A DNA stretch of 64,000 nucleotides, taken from NCBI GenBank assembly GCA_000708835.1, contig DF237434.1:1-64000 (forward strand). Direction: 5' to 3'. This document shows positions 40,001 to 53,546 of the stretch, in pieces. A model generated the notes under the pieces. That model was not told where the DNA came from. It made no database searches and was given only the letters and a program-made list of their open reading frames with translations. Source of the DNA: Klebsormidium nitens (taxonomy: Eukaryota; Plantae; Klebsormidiophyceae). The position numbers and the translations under genes are program-made. How positions within the stretch are numbered: position 1 is the first letter of the stretch; each line of letters opens with the position of its first letter.

Positions 40001-41671
40001 AACCGGCAGCAGCTGCCATCAGCATTCATTCTTGCCACCCGCGGTGCCATCCGCATAGTTTACGTGGGGACGCGGGCGTCGGCTGACAGTAACAGGCAGG
40101 ATTGTACTCTGCCCTCCTGTCCGAACTTCGGTACGAACCAGAGGTGGATGCTGCCATGAACCTGCGGTTCCGAAACCCCCGCGAAAAGGGTCTACTTTTA
40201 TGTTTGGTCTCCTCGATGGACATGCGCTCTCATCCAGTTCTCTTCGACGTGCAATGCTCTTTCAATTTATTTTATCGCTATGCCTTCCCACCGAATTGCA
40301 GTTCTTGTAGGGGCGGTAGGCATTTCATGACCGTCATATGTCGTCGTCAACGGCAAGACTTGGACGGTTCACGTTCTAAACAGCACTTGCGATGAGACCC
40401 TCGGTTTCGCTAGATCCGACGAGGCGTGTACGTCCTTTGCCTACTTCAAGCGTTCCTAAATCAGCGGTGTGATTCTTTTTCCTCCTTCGAAGTTCCGCTT
40501 CCTTTGCCACAGCTTGCGCTACCGCCCGCGCTCTCCGGCATTCCGTTATTCCGCTCTTCATTCCTTCAAAATTCCGGCGTCTGTGACTGCGCTTCACCAG
40601 TCCTTTACCCACCCGCTACTTCGGGCTCAAAAACAGGCCGATTATAAGCAAGCGTTTTGCATAGCTTTACACCAGGTTACGAACCGCACGGGCTAACGAT
40701 TGGCCGTTCCTCCAACCGTGTTTCTCTTTGACCAGGCGCAGCTCCTTCGCGACCGCATCTACCGGCCTCTCAGCATCCGTCCCCCGACTCCCCCCTCCCG
40801 CCAATCAGAACCCGTACCCAGCCAGTCCCCGCGGCCTCCAAACGAAAGACCCGGTTCTAGTTCCAGCGGCGTGACCGCTTCTCAAGCGTCAGGACGGGGC
40901 CAACCGGGGGGACCCGTTTCTCAGACGGGGCCACCCATCCTTTCCCACCCTCACCTTAACCCTAACCCTAAACTTAACCAACCCGGGGTCCGGCCGTCGC
41001 AAGGGGACAGTCGACCAGGGTCTGCGGCCAGCTCGCGGGAGGAGCCGCAACGGCCCAGTTCGGCGTCCGCCGGGCGCCCATCGGAATTCCGCCCACCAGA
41101 AGCTCGGAGGAGCCCGGAAGAACGGCCGCAGCGAGCGGGGCACTCCCCCGAGGTCGTCTTTGTGGCGACCAAGCTGAGGGGGAGCGAGCTGCTAGGTGGG
41201 CAACTGCGAGCGGCGCAGGAGGAGTTAACAGCGGCGTTCCCCGCTTTGGCTGCGCCGCGATCTGGACCGGGTTTGGACGTGGTACAGACCGTACGAAATC
41301 GGACGTACGGACCAGGGACAGATGGCGCTAATGGGAAGGCTCGACGGAACTCAAGCGAGCGGAGCCGGAATGAACGGCTGCAGGCAAGCGGAGAGTCGAA
41401 TGCAAAGGGGGAATTGAGAGACAGTCCTAGTGTCAGCTTCTATGGTCTGCCGGCGAAGGGACCCAACAGTGCGGCGTTTGAGAGTTTTCATTTGTCTCTG
41501 AGGAGCTTGCGCGATCAGATTCTAGGCATCCCGAGAAGGCACCTTCTGGGGAAGCCGGTCACTGAGGCCAGCTGGCTGAGGTATACCAACAAGGTCTGGA
41601 GAGACGTACGAGAGTCGGACGCAGTCAAGGAATATTGCTCTTTACTGCAGTCAGATGGCTTCTTCCGTTGA
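37008..41671 (+). CDS. SMG9: Nonsense-mediated decay factor SMG9
   Basis: In-phase exons 37008-37217, 37685-37927 (VIGVLGAPGVGKST P-loop, ERLVLLDSQ), 39602-39811 (PVFSPSVL..RPDGSS, AVFLLSVCHVIIVV) and 40736-41671 (ends EYCSLLQSDGFFR). These match recalled plant SMG9 motifs. Confidence 0.88.
38400..39660 (+). repeat. Nine-unit array of about 150 bp copying the SMG9 acceptor plus exon-3 start
   Basis: YAG|CCCGTCTTCAGCCCCTCCGTT-like units have the acceptor G at 38418, 38568, 38717, 38872, 39023, 39174, 39305, 39447 and 39601 (real). Spacing is 131-155 bp. Confidence 0.92.
40954..40979 (+). repeat. Degenerate telomere-like (CCCTAA)n tract inside SMG9 coding exon
   Basis: CCTTAA CCCTAA CCCTAA ACTTAA CC, read in frame as LNPNPKLN. 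Confidence 0.45.
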
Positions 41672-42643
41672 TCTTATGACAGCTCTCCATGACTGTCGAC
41701 GGCTCTCATCCGGCTGCGAGGCACATGGCCTCAAAATGGAGCAACGTATACTAACGGCATGCCACAGTTGCATTTAGTCGCGGATACTTGAGTTGACATC
41801 GCCAGATCTTAATGCCCTCTAGCCTCTTGAGTAGATCATGTTCCAATTCGGGCATGGTGACGTGTAACATCGGGCATGCAATGTTCCTCGAATAATGATG
41901 CACCGGGCCCACGGCGTACACAGAAATAAGGTAATTATTATGATAGGCGGGCGCGGCCCGGCCCAGGCTGGTCGGCCGGGGCGTAAGGCTGCCGCCGCTT
42001 GTTCTGATCGTTGTGGCATGATCGCTATATATACAGTTTGCGGATACGGCATCCGGGTAGACATTTCGTTTGGCCACGTGCATATGTGAAAATTTCGCGC
42101 CGCCGGGGCGGTCGCGGTATTAATTGATCAATTTAAGTAGTTACAGCTCTCCACTTCTGTGGTGACGTACATGTCTACTTAGACGCGCCTGCCGCAGTTC
42201 GACATCATTACAAACTTAGGTATTAACATTTGACAAGTTCCATTTACACCATTTTACGAGGCCCGGTGCTATCATGGTACATGCTGCGCCCCGTGCAACT
42301 ACTATACCAGCCGTCGGAAGAACAACGTACATTGACCGAACTCTATTCCCTTGCGGTCCATGGTCTGTAGCACGTATACTGCGAGGTCCAACAAGTCTCC
42401 TTTGCCATGCACTTTCAACGACTCGTCATGAAGAGTTTGCATTCCCAAACTCTGCAATGCCCTGGGTCTGTCCGCAGGGTTCGCAATGCCCAAACGGCAA
42501 CGAAATAGAAACAAAGAAAACCTTTTTAGCTACGCGACATTTATCAGCAAGAAAACCTGTACAACGGGGCAATAAGAACAGTCAAGTTTCTACCTACACC
42601 TAACAACAACACAGATTCCTGTTTCAGCTTACCCAATATGGTT

Positions 42644-44257
<1,614 letters not shown>

Positions 44258-45046
44258 CTTGCCTTTCTAGCTGCCCCCCTAATAAGAACACAGCGGCGAG
44301 GCAGCCGCCAAAAGCCCCTCCTCCTGAAGCTGTGCGGAGGGTTTTGAAAAGCTAGCCAGCTGAAGCTGGGCCAAGCACATCCACCAATTAACTAGCACTT
44401 GGAAAGAGCAGCCAAAGCTTTTGCTTGCCCGGCACGCAACCTGGCGCAACTTGCGCCTGTCACGTCGATCCCGGCCCGGGCTAGCAAAGAACGCGGAACT
44501 TTGTCTTTTCGTGCAACTTTACCTTTCTCCGATTCGTCGAAAGACGTGCAAGTCAAAATCCTAGACTCTAATTGGCCAGGCGGCTTGCATTGCTCGCAGA
44601 GCGACACTTGGCGGTCAAGGAAGCGCCGTCAGTCGTCATCCTTCGTCGACGGTCTCCGTCTTGGAAAGTCCCCCGCCAATGATTGACGACGTCGATCTCG
44701 TCATTGGCGTCCTGCTAGCGGGAGCCGGCCCATGGGCGCCCGCGCCTCATAAGCTATATCTCAGGCTATATGCAGATCACGGAGTCAGACTGTTTCCACA
44801 ATGATCAGCTAATGGCGAAGGCTGAGGGTTACACTGCGCCAGAAGTCAGGCATGCCAGTCGGTTTAAAGGTTCCGAATTAAACACTAGTAGTAGTTAAAG
44901 CGCACTTCACTTTCCCTTCGACCAGACCTTTGGTTTTGGCATTTTGTTCACCTTGATTGCAGCAACTCGCCAGAGCTACTGTACACGGTTCCTCACTTCC
45001 TGAAAGCAGTGAGCAACTTTCCTCTCAAGCCACTCAGCATCGAAGG

Positions 45047-46726
45047 ATGGCTAGTACTGACGTGGAGAAGCGCCCAAAGGCCTATCACACGGTGAGTCAC
45101 CTAGCTGCCGCGTTGCGGATCCGGAATGTGGAGTATGTGCCAATTGCATCAGGAACTTGTTCATTCTCGGTTCTATTTGAGTCCAACCTTAGGACAACGC
45201 GTGTCATTCTGAGTCGATGTTTACTGCCGCTCAGTTCTCTGAAGTTGTTCTAAGTCCAAGTTTTTTCACTTTCAGTGTACCCACAAGGTTGGCAAATGCT
45301 AAAATCAGTTGGGCATACTGCAAACTTGGCTGAGCGTATATACTAGGAGCCTCTTTGACATCAGATTGTCTGTACCAATACTGCTGTTCGAATTTGCGGT
45401 TAGAAAGTGAATAGAAGTCAGTGTGGCAAGAGCACTGCGACAGCGCTTGACTCGCTAAAAGTATTACTGCCAGAATTAGAATCGAATGCATCACAGATTT
45501 CACCCTCTTGGACTTTCTTCTTTCTATTCTGCCTCTACCCTACTACTCCAGGCCAGATTGCATCCCCTGCGCAGCATCTGATCCTTGTGCAAGGTTTCCT
45601 CGTATAGTGCCTGCTGTTTCAGCAGACTGCACGCACTCTTACAAACGAATTCTGGGCACCCATTGATGTTTTTTTTCAATTACATCCTGTCCAGACGAGA
45701 ATACATCTACCACTGAGAAGCTCAATGATCGATCGACTCACCTGCTTTTCTCTGCAGCTGACCGGTCCTCCCTGAACAATTCCCTTTGAGCCCTTAAGTC
45801 TTTCAGTTCTTGGGCACGTTTCCTGTTTCCTCTCGCAGTTACAGTGTCACGGAGTCTAAATGCTCTCTTTTGAACTCTTGACTCTCTCTGAGTTCCATCT
45901 TACACCGAGAAGTGAATGTTAAAACTGCTTCCGCTTTTGCAGCTGACCCCCTACCTGACGTTCAAAGGCGCATCCCAGGCCATGGAGTTCTACAAAAGTG
46001 CCTTTGGCGCTACCGAAATCTACTCCCTCAAGGGGCCTGGGGGGATCATCGCTCACGCCGAGATGAGCATCGGCGATAGCCGTTTCATGCTGGCGGACGA
46101 GTCCCCGATGCGCGGGAACAAGGGCCCGACCAGTTTGGGGGGCACCCCGGTTAGGTAAGAGCCTCGAACTAGAAATGCGGGAGGCCCGTTAAAAAAGAGC
46201 GACTTGAGCTTTCGAGGAGTCATTGCGGCTGTAAAATGCGGTGGAGTAACCTCAGTGTTGGCGTCATAAGCTATTGAGTCCTTTGTCTACGAGAAGCGAA
46301 CTCGTTGGGCAGACTACCAACTCGCAGGAGCTCCACAAGAAATCTCCCGCATGCTTTCACCCCCGTTGGGAGCGACGCCGATCGCGAGTGTGACAAAAAT
46401 CCTACCCCAAATGTTCACGCACTCTGCACTTGTAAGTTGAATTTGACTAAACCCCACCCGTTCTCGACTTCCTATTCACAAACTCGTTTCCCTTTCCGTT
46501 CAGCCTCATGATGTACGTGGACGACTCCGACGCGGCGTTCGAGCGCGCGGTCAAGGCCGGGGCGACTGTTGCGATGCCGGTGCAGACACACTTTTACGGC
46601 GACCGTTCCGGTTCCGTCGTCGATCCGTTCGGGCACAAGTGGGACATCGCAACCCACGTGGAGGACGTCAGCCCCGAGGAGATCCAGAAGCGCATGGCGG
46701 CGATGGGGCCCCCCGGCGAGAAGTAG
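45047..46726 (+). CDS. VOC / glyoxalase-bleomycin resistance family protein (PhnB-like, bacterial-type)
   Basis: Exons 45047-45091, 45943-46154 (LTPYLTFKGASQAMEFYKSAFGA..HAEMSIGDSRFMLADE) and 46504-46726 (FYGDRSGSVVDPFGHKWDIATHVEDVSPEE). Confidence 0.92.
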
Positions 46727-47167
46727 GGGGGGTGCGCATGTTGGAAGGTGAGCTGATTGGGTTTCTTTGTAAATATTTAGGTGGGTTTCTGAAGGCTTGC
46801 GACCAGGCGTTTTGGACCCCCGAAAAACTTCCCTGAAATCGCGTCTTTTGAAGAGAGTTGAATGCGTTTCTGTGGGTCTGCGAAAAGCTTCGGGCCCCCG
46901 AGGGGAATAGGGGAGTCTGCCTCAGGGGAAAATGAAGTGACCGTGTCTTTCAAAGATATGAATGTGCGTTCTGTAAATTGCGGTCTGGCTTTCCGAGGAG
47001 AGTTGACGAGGTCGACTGCCGGATGGGAGGCGTCTTAAGAGGCGCTTGCTCAGAAAGTCACGCAGATGATTCGAGTCTGGCTTTATCAAGTTCTGAAAGT
47101 GAGTAAACTGATCTACTTGTGTTGGATGATAATTTAGCGCTTTCGGTGGCAGGCTGTTTTATCGTCT

Positions 47168-50100
47168 CTAAAAGCGTCTCGATGTTTTTGAGTGTGTGCC
47201 GGAGTCTCGCGAACGTTTGAACGGAGAGAACAAGGTCTTCTTTGCGAATCTGGGCAGTACTTTGTCTTTGACTTTGACGAATCCAAACCTGTCCTGCAAA
47301 ATGTGTTGGGCAAACCAACACGTAAAGGTAACAAGTTTCACCCGTAGGACGCTGTTTCCACTTTCGTCCTCAAAGACGCCCAAGAAACTGAGCAAAAGAA
47401 TCATCGTGTCTCGCGCGAAAGCAAATTGCTCTTTGCTTTGTTATTCTGCATGATCCGACAATCCTCCGAAAACTTATGAGGCTCTGTTGTCCGTTTCGAT
47501 ATGAACGGCCAGGGCTGCCCTCCTCTTTCAAACTTATATCTGTCGACCTTTGGACCCAGATAGTCGAAGGGGAATTGGCGTTTGAGAAAGGATTTGAGAG
47601 GCCGCCTGGTATATCCCTGTAGGCCAATCCGGAGCATGTCCATGTAAGTGCGGGGGTTCTGTAGGCACGGTCTCTGAATCTATCCTACCTTTTCCGACGC
47701 AGGCCGGCGCTTAATGACCACTGTGTCTGCAGTTCACAACAAGCAGCAACTTACCCGCACTTTGTGGTCTGGAGTAGGCCGTGAACTATGGAATAAAGTC
47801 GTCAGGGTTCGTTCTATGTGGTTTAGGCTTACGTACCATCTGGCAGCAGATTCTCTTACATACTCACAAGTAGAACTTCTGGTGTTGAGGATTCAGGGAC
47901 CGCTGACTGCTGTGCTAGTCTTGAACAAAAACTTGGACAAACATGTAAGCGCTTGAGTACGAAGTCGCTTGTAGATATAAAGGAATGCGGTTTGCAGTGT
48001 TGCCAGACCGTTCGATAGATGCGCTGTTGTATCGTCCCAAGCACGACCGTGTTCTAAATCAATGTCTCGCTGACCCATTTAAATGTTTTCACATCTTTCT
48101 GTCGATTCATACCAAACAAGTGATCCTGACGGACAGGCCAAAATTACATCGACCGGAAGTTCAACTGCGCTCAAGTGGGTCTGATCGACTTGTGCCGCAT
48201 CTCTGACTTTCTACATGGGCTCCAAACGCATGGCCGGATGCAATATCGATCAGGCCAGGATATGTCCATCTAGCTGGTTATGCGTCCGAATCCAGGCTCG
48301 TTCGATCGCATGTGTTTGCAAAACAAACGCTGTGTTGCTCACGAGTGCAACAGGCCGAAGCTCTTCCTATACTTCCAAAGGTGCCCATGTTCATTTGACC
48401 GTAGCTGGATATATATTGGCAGCGCCATGTTTACTAGCTAACCTTCCGACATTATCAGCACAGGTGAACAAATTATCGCGCGCGCGCGCGCGGACGTACA
48501 TAAAGCCAATTGCGCTGATCGATATCCTCTACGTACTCTTCGTTCGTGCAAACGACTCCCGTCACGAATCACTCCAATGGCGTGGCACGGTCTCGTTAAG
48601 ATAGGTTTCTTTGGGCTAAAGCAGACTGATGGGTAAACATCCAACTACATTATTGCAGATTTCGAGGCATGCTCCGATATATGCCGGACCGGTAGATGGC
48701 ATACCACATAATGATCGCAGAGTTACAAAGTCCAGGTACACATGGCGCGGCCACGGCAGTTGTCACGGCTTTGCATTCAAGACATACGCTGCTGCCCACT
48801 TCATCGAGCACCGTCATGCTCGGTAATCTTGGTGACCGTGAATCTCCATGCAGACCAGTGAGTTCACTTTGAAAGATCGGTCCGATGCAACAAGCATCGG
48901 ATGGTCTGGTCGAGTATGCACGTTGCTTCTCCATACCAACTTACACGTCTAAAATGCGTGATCAACATGCGACGGTGCCATTCTCGTGACTGCTCCTGGC
49001 CCCAAAGGACCGCCAATTTGCTTTCCCGTATTTCCAAGCAACGTGTACCATGCCCAGTGAATGTCACGAAGCAGCCGATAAGACTGGCATCAATGCTGAC
49101 TGCACATGTCCGGATGCAACTCCCCTTGTAGCGGACAGTAGGACAGCACTTTGCCTATATGCATCAGCGATGACCAAGGTCGTCTGACATATGGGCAAGC
49201 CCGTCGGCTCTTCCTGCTGCACGAAAAAGAAGCACAAGCACCTGTCATTGAAAAGTTGAGGCGGGTGCTCATTGTGGCCCTTGAAGATGTGGAGGGGTCA
49301 TATAATCAGAATTTATCAGGTCATCCTTGCTCCCTGCATGCTCTATTTGCCTTACTACTTCGCGAGTATCCGAACCGCCACCCAAAGCGTGAATCCAGGC
49401 TGATGAGTCAGACTGCCTGCCCGTAACCCCAGGGAAGTCCCTTGAGAGACAATTCGAAAGAGCAGACAGGTGATCCGCGTAGACAAAGACAGGAAGCAAG
49501 TCTCAACCGGGAAGCGACAGAGGACTGGGAAGCACACAGTGGGGCAGTCTAGATTTGCTTACCGGCACGAAGCGTTCTCTCACTTGGGGAACAGTATCAC
49601 GGAAGCGGCGAATCGCCCTTCCACCGGAAATGCATGCTAGCTGGCACGATTCTCGACAGGCTTACAGTCCCGCCCTCTGCAAAGAAACAAGTATGGGCCG
49701 CTGTTTAGAACCGATGCAGTCGTGAGTCGTCGGGCGCTGACAAAAGACGCCGCACATCAACGGAATGAGAATGAGAATGCTCGTGGGCACCGAGATGCGG
49801 AAATATCAAACGAACGGGATCGACGGCTTGCCGTCAGATGGCGCGCGTCTCGTTTCATGCCGCAGAACAGCCAGTTGTGCGTCAAAAGACAAGGCTCGAG
49901 AAGCGACAAGATGTTTCTGAATCGACAAGATGCAGCAAGAGTAGGGCCAAAGTAAAGAGCCTCCGAGAAGCGTTTGCCATCCTAAGCTGCAATTGAGCTG
50001 CCTTCTGTTTTGAGTTGATCGCTCACGCAATCTGTGACTCAAGTACCAGAACACGAAACGGGAAAGGTCCACTGGCTTGTTACGTTCACTTCGACTTCGT

Positions 50101-52601
50101 TTGCATGCTACACCGTCAGTGTGCAGATAAAATACTGAGGACCGCCAAGCAAGTCATCAGCGTGCCTGATACTGCGCGAGACTAGGTTCGACTCGATACT
50201 CGCCACCCTTCAATCAAGACACCGCGAAACTTTGTCCTGACCGTGACTCAACCTCCGCGGGTCACGACGACTTGCTTACCACGACTTTTCCGTACGTCCC
50301 AAACATGTAGCCGACAGCCGCAAACTGCAGCAGCAGCGTTGCAAGGCCGATGTTGTACCCGCTGGAGAGCCCGCCCCAGACGACGGTCCACACGCCCGCC
50401 ACTGCCAAAGTGAGCAGCCCGCTGGTCGCCTGCTCCTCCCGCTGCCGAAATAACCTGGAAAAAACAGAGTTATCCCTACCGTTAATCAAGCTGAGCAAAC
50501 AGTTAACCAAGCTGACTGCGAATTCAGGTACACTTAATTAAGTTTGATACCTTTTGGGAGCTAAGAGCAATAAAACGCTCCCGTGGGGCGGGTGAGTTTG
50601 GTATGATGGTTAGGATGGGTTTGGGCGCGGAGCGAGTCGTGTTTACAGGTTAGGTATTTTTGTTAAGCGACTTGACCGGGTACTTTCGTTTATGCATTGG
50701 ATTTTGTCGGCATTAGCCATATCGGGTGACCGGGCAGTCTGGCTTTTGGCTAGTTATGTACACTCAAAAATGGTAGGAGGACGATTGAGATACCCAATCC
50801 ACCGACTTTAACCCAAACTCGTGTAGAGCAGGGAAGGGAGACGGTGTATCGTGAGTGTCTTGGCCAGACTCTCTTCGCTCTTCAAGATGCTCCATAAGAA
50901 TGAAGAGACGCGCTTCTTGAGGCGGACTGAGGCATTTGGGGATCGAAGGGAGTCACATCAATAGGGGGACGAACCATGCGGGATCAGACAAAGGGAATCA
51001 GCAGAATCGACTGTAGTAGGCCCGTGGGAACCGAGACAGCGTACACGTATCGTTTGACGACTCGGTTGAAGGCTCGCAGAAAGAAGGTTGGGGCGTACCT
51101 AGCTCCGGCTTCTTTGACGGAAGGGATCTGCGGAACGATACTACACATGCTCAGTGTTTGAATCAGACATGCATGGGCAGCGAACAGAAGGAAAACTGAG
51201 ACAATATCATCTCAACTCGTTGCTGGAGGGAAGCGTCCGAACATTTTGCTTGTACATCCTGCGGCATCAGAGTCAGACGACTAAAAATTCTGCGGGAAGC
51301 GAAACTTTAGAAGGACCATTCAGATGGAGTCCCTGTAAGCGTCCAACAAGTCAAGGGCTCCAGATGGAGGATTTTGGGTTGGAATCGAGGCAAGAGCGAT
51401 GAAGGATGCATCTGTCCAAAGAGCGGCTCACCTCTCTTGTGAACTTCGTGATGAGGAAGACTGCCAGCATGATCACCAGCGACACTTCCCACGTGCTCTG
51501 CTCGTCAGCCAAATACCTGCACGAGATACAACGTGTTTGACTCATTCTGGATTCTCATGGTAGGATCGGCGCCTGCTTGATGTACCAAGCTGTGAATGTC
51601 TGGCAGCCTGGGGTTCTTGGGAAAGTGTTCACTGGCTGCCTTTGTCTCAAGAACTACAACCAGCAATCATACCTGAATGCCAGCGTTCAAGTTCGGTGAA
51701 AAGAAACCGTCAGGAGGCGCTATCAGTACAGCCCCAACAAGTCAAGCATAGCGATGTAGTGCAATCTTTGAAAATCTCGACGAAGGGAAGGAATGAGGAG
51801 ACGCACCCGCCTACTACAGCAACCTCCAGATCTGTGAAGAATAAAGTTTGAGAGTTTGCCACCAAAGAACTCACGCTGCGACCGTGTGCGCCAGGCTCGC
51901 AATGATGAATGCCTTCCACAGGAGGAAGAAGAGATTGAAGCCCCTGCCCGGTTGCTTCTGCTTCCGCCTGCGGCGGTTGAGCACACCGGTGGGGCTTCTC
52001 TCAAACTGCCCTCGCTCGTTCTTGAGAGAGTCTGCTGTGTCTACGGAAGGGGAGGATTGTGGCTGTGGTCTTGGCGCGCCTTCGTAGATGTCTATCCTCT
52101 CACCTTTACCTGCTTTAATTGGCAATAGTCCCCGTTGAAGCTGCAGAACAATGGGAGATGCTGTGGTAAGCGTCCAAATCAAAGCATTCAAACTCTTCGA
52201 ACTAAGGACAGAATACAGTAGGAATAAGTCTTCCAGCGCCAGAAACTTATCATTCTTGCAGGCTAGGAGCTCTATCCGTGAAGCTGATCGAGGCTCTCGG
52301 CCCGAACAACCTTTCTGGTTGAAAGCGAGGTTGCAAAGGGTTCTGCCAAGAGCAGAATCTGGGTGACAGCACTACGTCCGAATGCAGGAAGTTCGATGCT
52401 CACCTGTCGATTCCTCAAACCTCTCCTTCTTAGTGGCGGCGGCGGGGCATGCCGCCAGTTACAGTCTTTCAAGCTGTTAAAGGAGGGCCAACGCGATCGT
52501 GCAGCAGCGGGCGCATGGCGTTGTTGCTTGCGAATACAGACTGGTGGCGCCTTGAACAATCTAGACCGCGCTGCGCCCATGCTAAGATGCTGCAGAGTCA
52601 A
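47168..52601 (-). CDS. Hypothetical multi-pass membrane protein, possibly plastid-targeted
   Basis: In-phase GT-AG chain 52601-52404, 52140-51875, 51516-51432, 51127-51099, 50454-50280 and 49640-49563, encoding about 4 hydrophobic helices after an R/S/A-rich N-terminus. Candidate 3' exons near 49220-49100, 47930-47876, 47657-47548 and 47293-47168 are less certain. No family recognised. Confidence 0.6.
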
Positions 52602-52702
52602 ACAGAGGGATCTTAGACCCGGTCGCCAGAACCTTTTGGTTTCAACTCAAATTTGCTCCAAAGCTTCACAGTGAGTAAACGAGCAGCCATTAAAAATTTT
52701 CT

Positions 52703-52790
52703 GAGGGTGGTGCAAAAGGACTCGTTCGGTATAGCACAGAACACTTCTTAGGGTGGTGCAAAGGAATCACTTCAGTATAGTGGTTTAAAG
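52703..52790. repeat. Direct repeat (about 30-bp core, about 46-bp period) in a divergent promoter region
   Basis: agggtggtgcaaaaggactcgttcggtatag versus agggtggtgcaaaggaatcacttcagtatag. Confidence 0.7.
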
Positions 52791-53546
52791 CACCTTTGAT
52801 GGCCCTGTAGAGCATTGTGTTCAATGACACGAGCGAAAAAGTTAAGCAAACAACCTTAGCAATCGCATGACATCAGTGGGTTGTGACGAGGCGATGGTAA
52901 GTTATATGTAACCCTCTCTTATGGTGACAGCATTGTTCGTCCAGACATGCCATGCTAAGCTGGCAGACCGCAGTGGCCCTGAACGCCGCACTCCCGACTC
53001 CATTAAGGGCTTCCTTCTGGATTTCATCAGCTGAAAGCGATGTGAAAGAGGCCGGCCATCTCACTTGTAAACAAGGACATGCTGCTTGGGCATCCACAAG
53101 CGCCCCTGCTGCACATGGCCTATCCATCGTCCCGGAGCCGCCCTGTGACGTCGCGCAGCTTGTAGGCTGGGGACTCTTGGTGCGAAGACGTCAGAGTAAA
53201 GTCAAGGAAAGCAAAGCCGCTGCAAGATTCAAAGAAAACGCAATATGATAACAAAGCCACAGCCTCAGGCCCAAACTTAGAGCGTCTGCAGACTGCAGCC
53301 AATGATCATCAAACTCAGTTTCAAGCTCAAGTCAAAGTGGCGAAACAACATGTCAGCTCAGACTCAGACTGCACACTCTTGCTTCTGGTCCAGGAGACCT
53401 TTCGAAAGTCAGACTTGAGGACATGCCACCATGCATCAATGGCGCCTTCCAATGTGAAGGGTTCAGAGCTCATAAAGCCACATTCTTTGCACCAGCCTCG
53501 CAAAGGCAGTGTTCTGCATTGGAAGGTTTCAGCACATTTTTGGAGA

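Noticed and set aside
41679-42153. 11-bp direct repeat ACAGCTCTCCA flanking a GC-rich 450-bp segment
   Set aside because: No TIRs, and an 11-mer match at this scale is plausible by chance.
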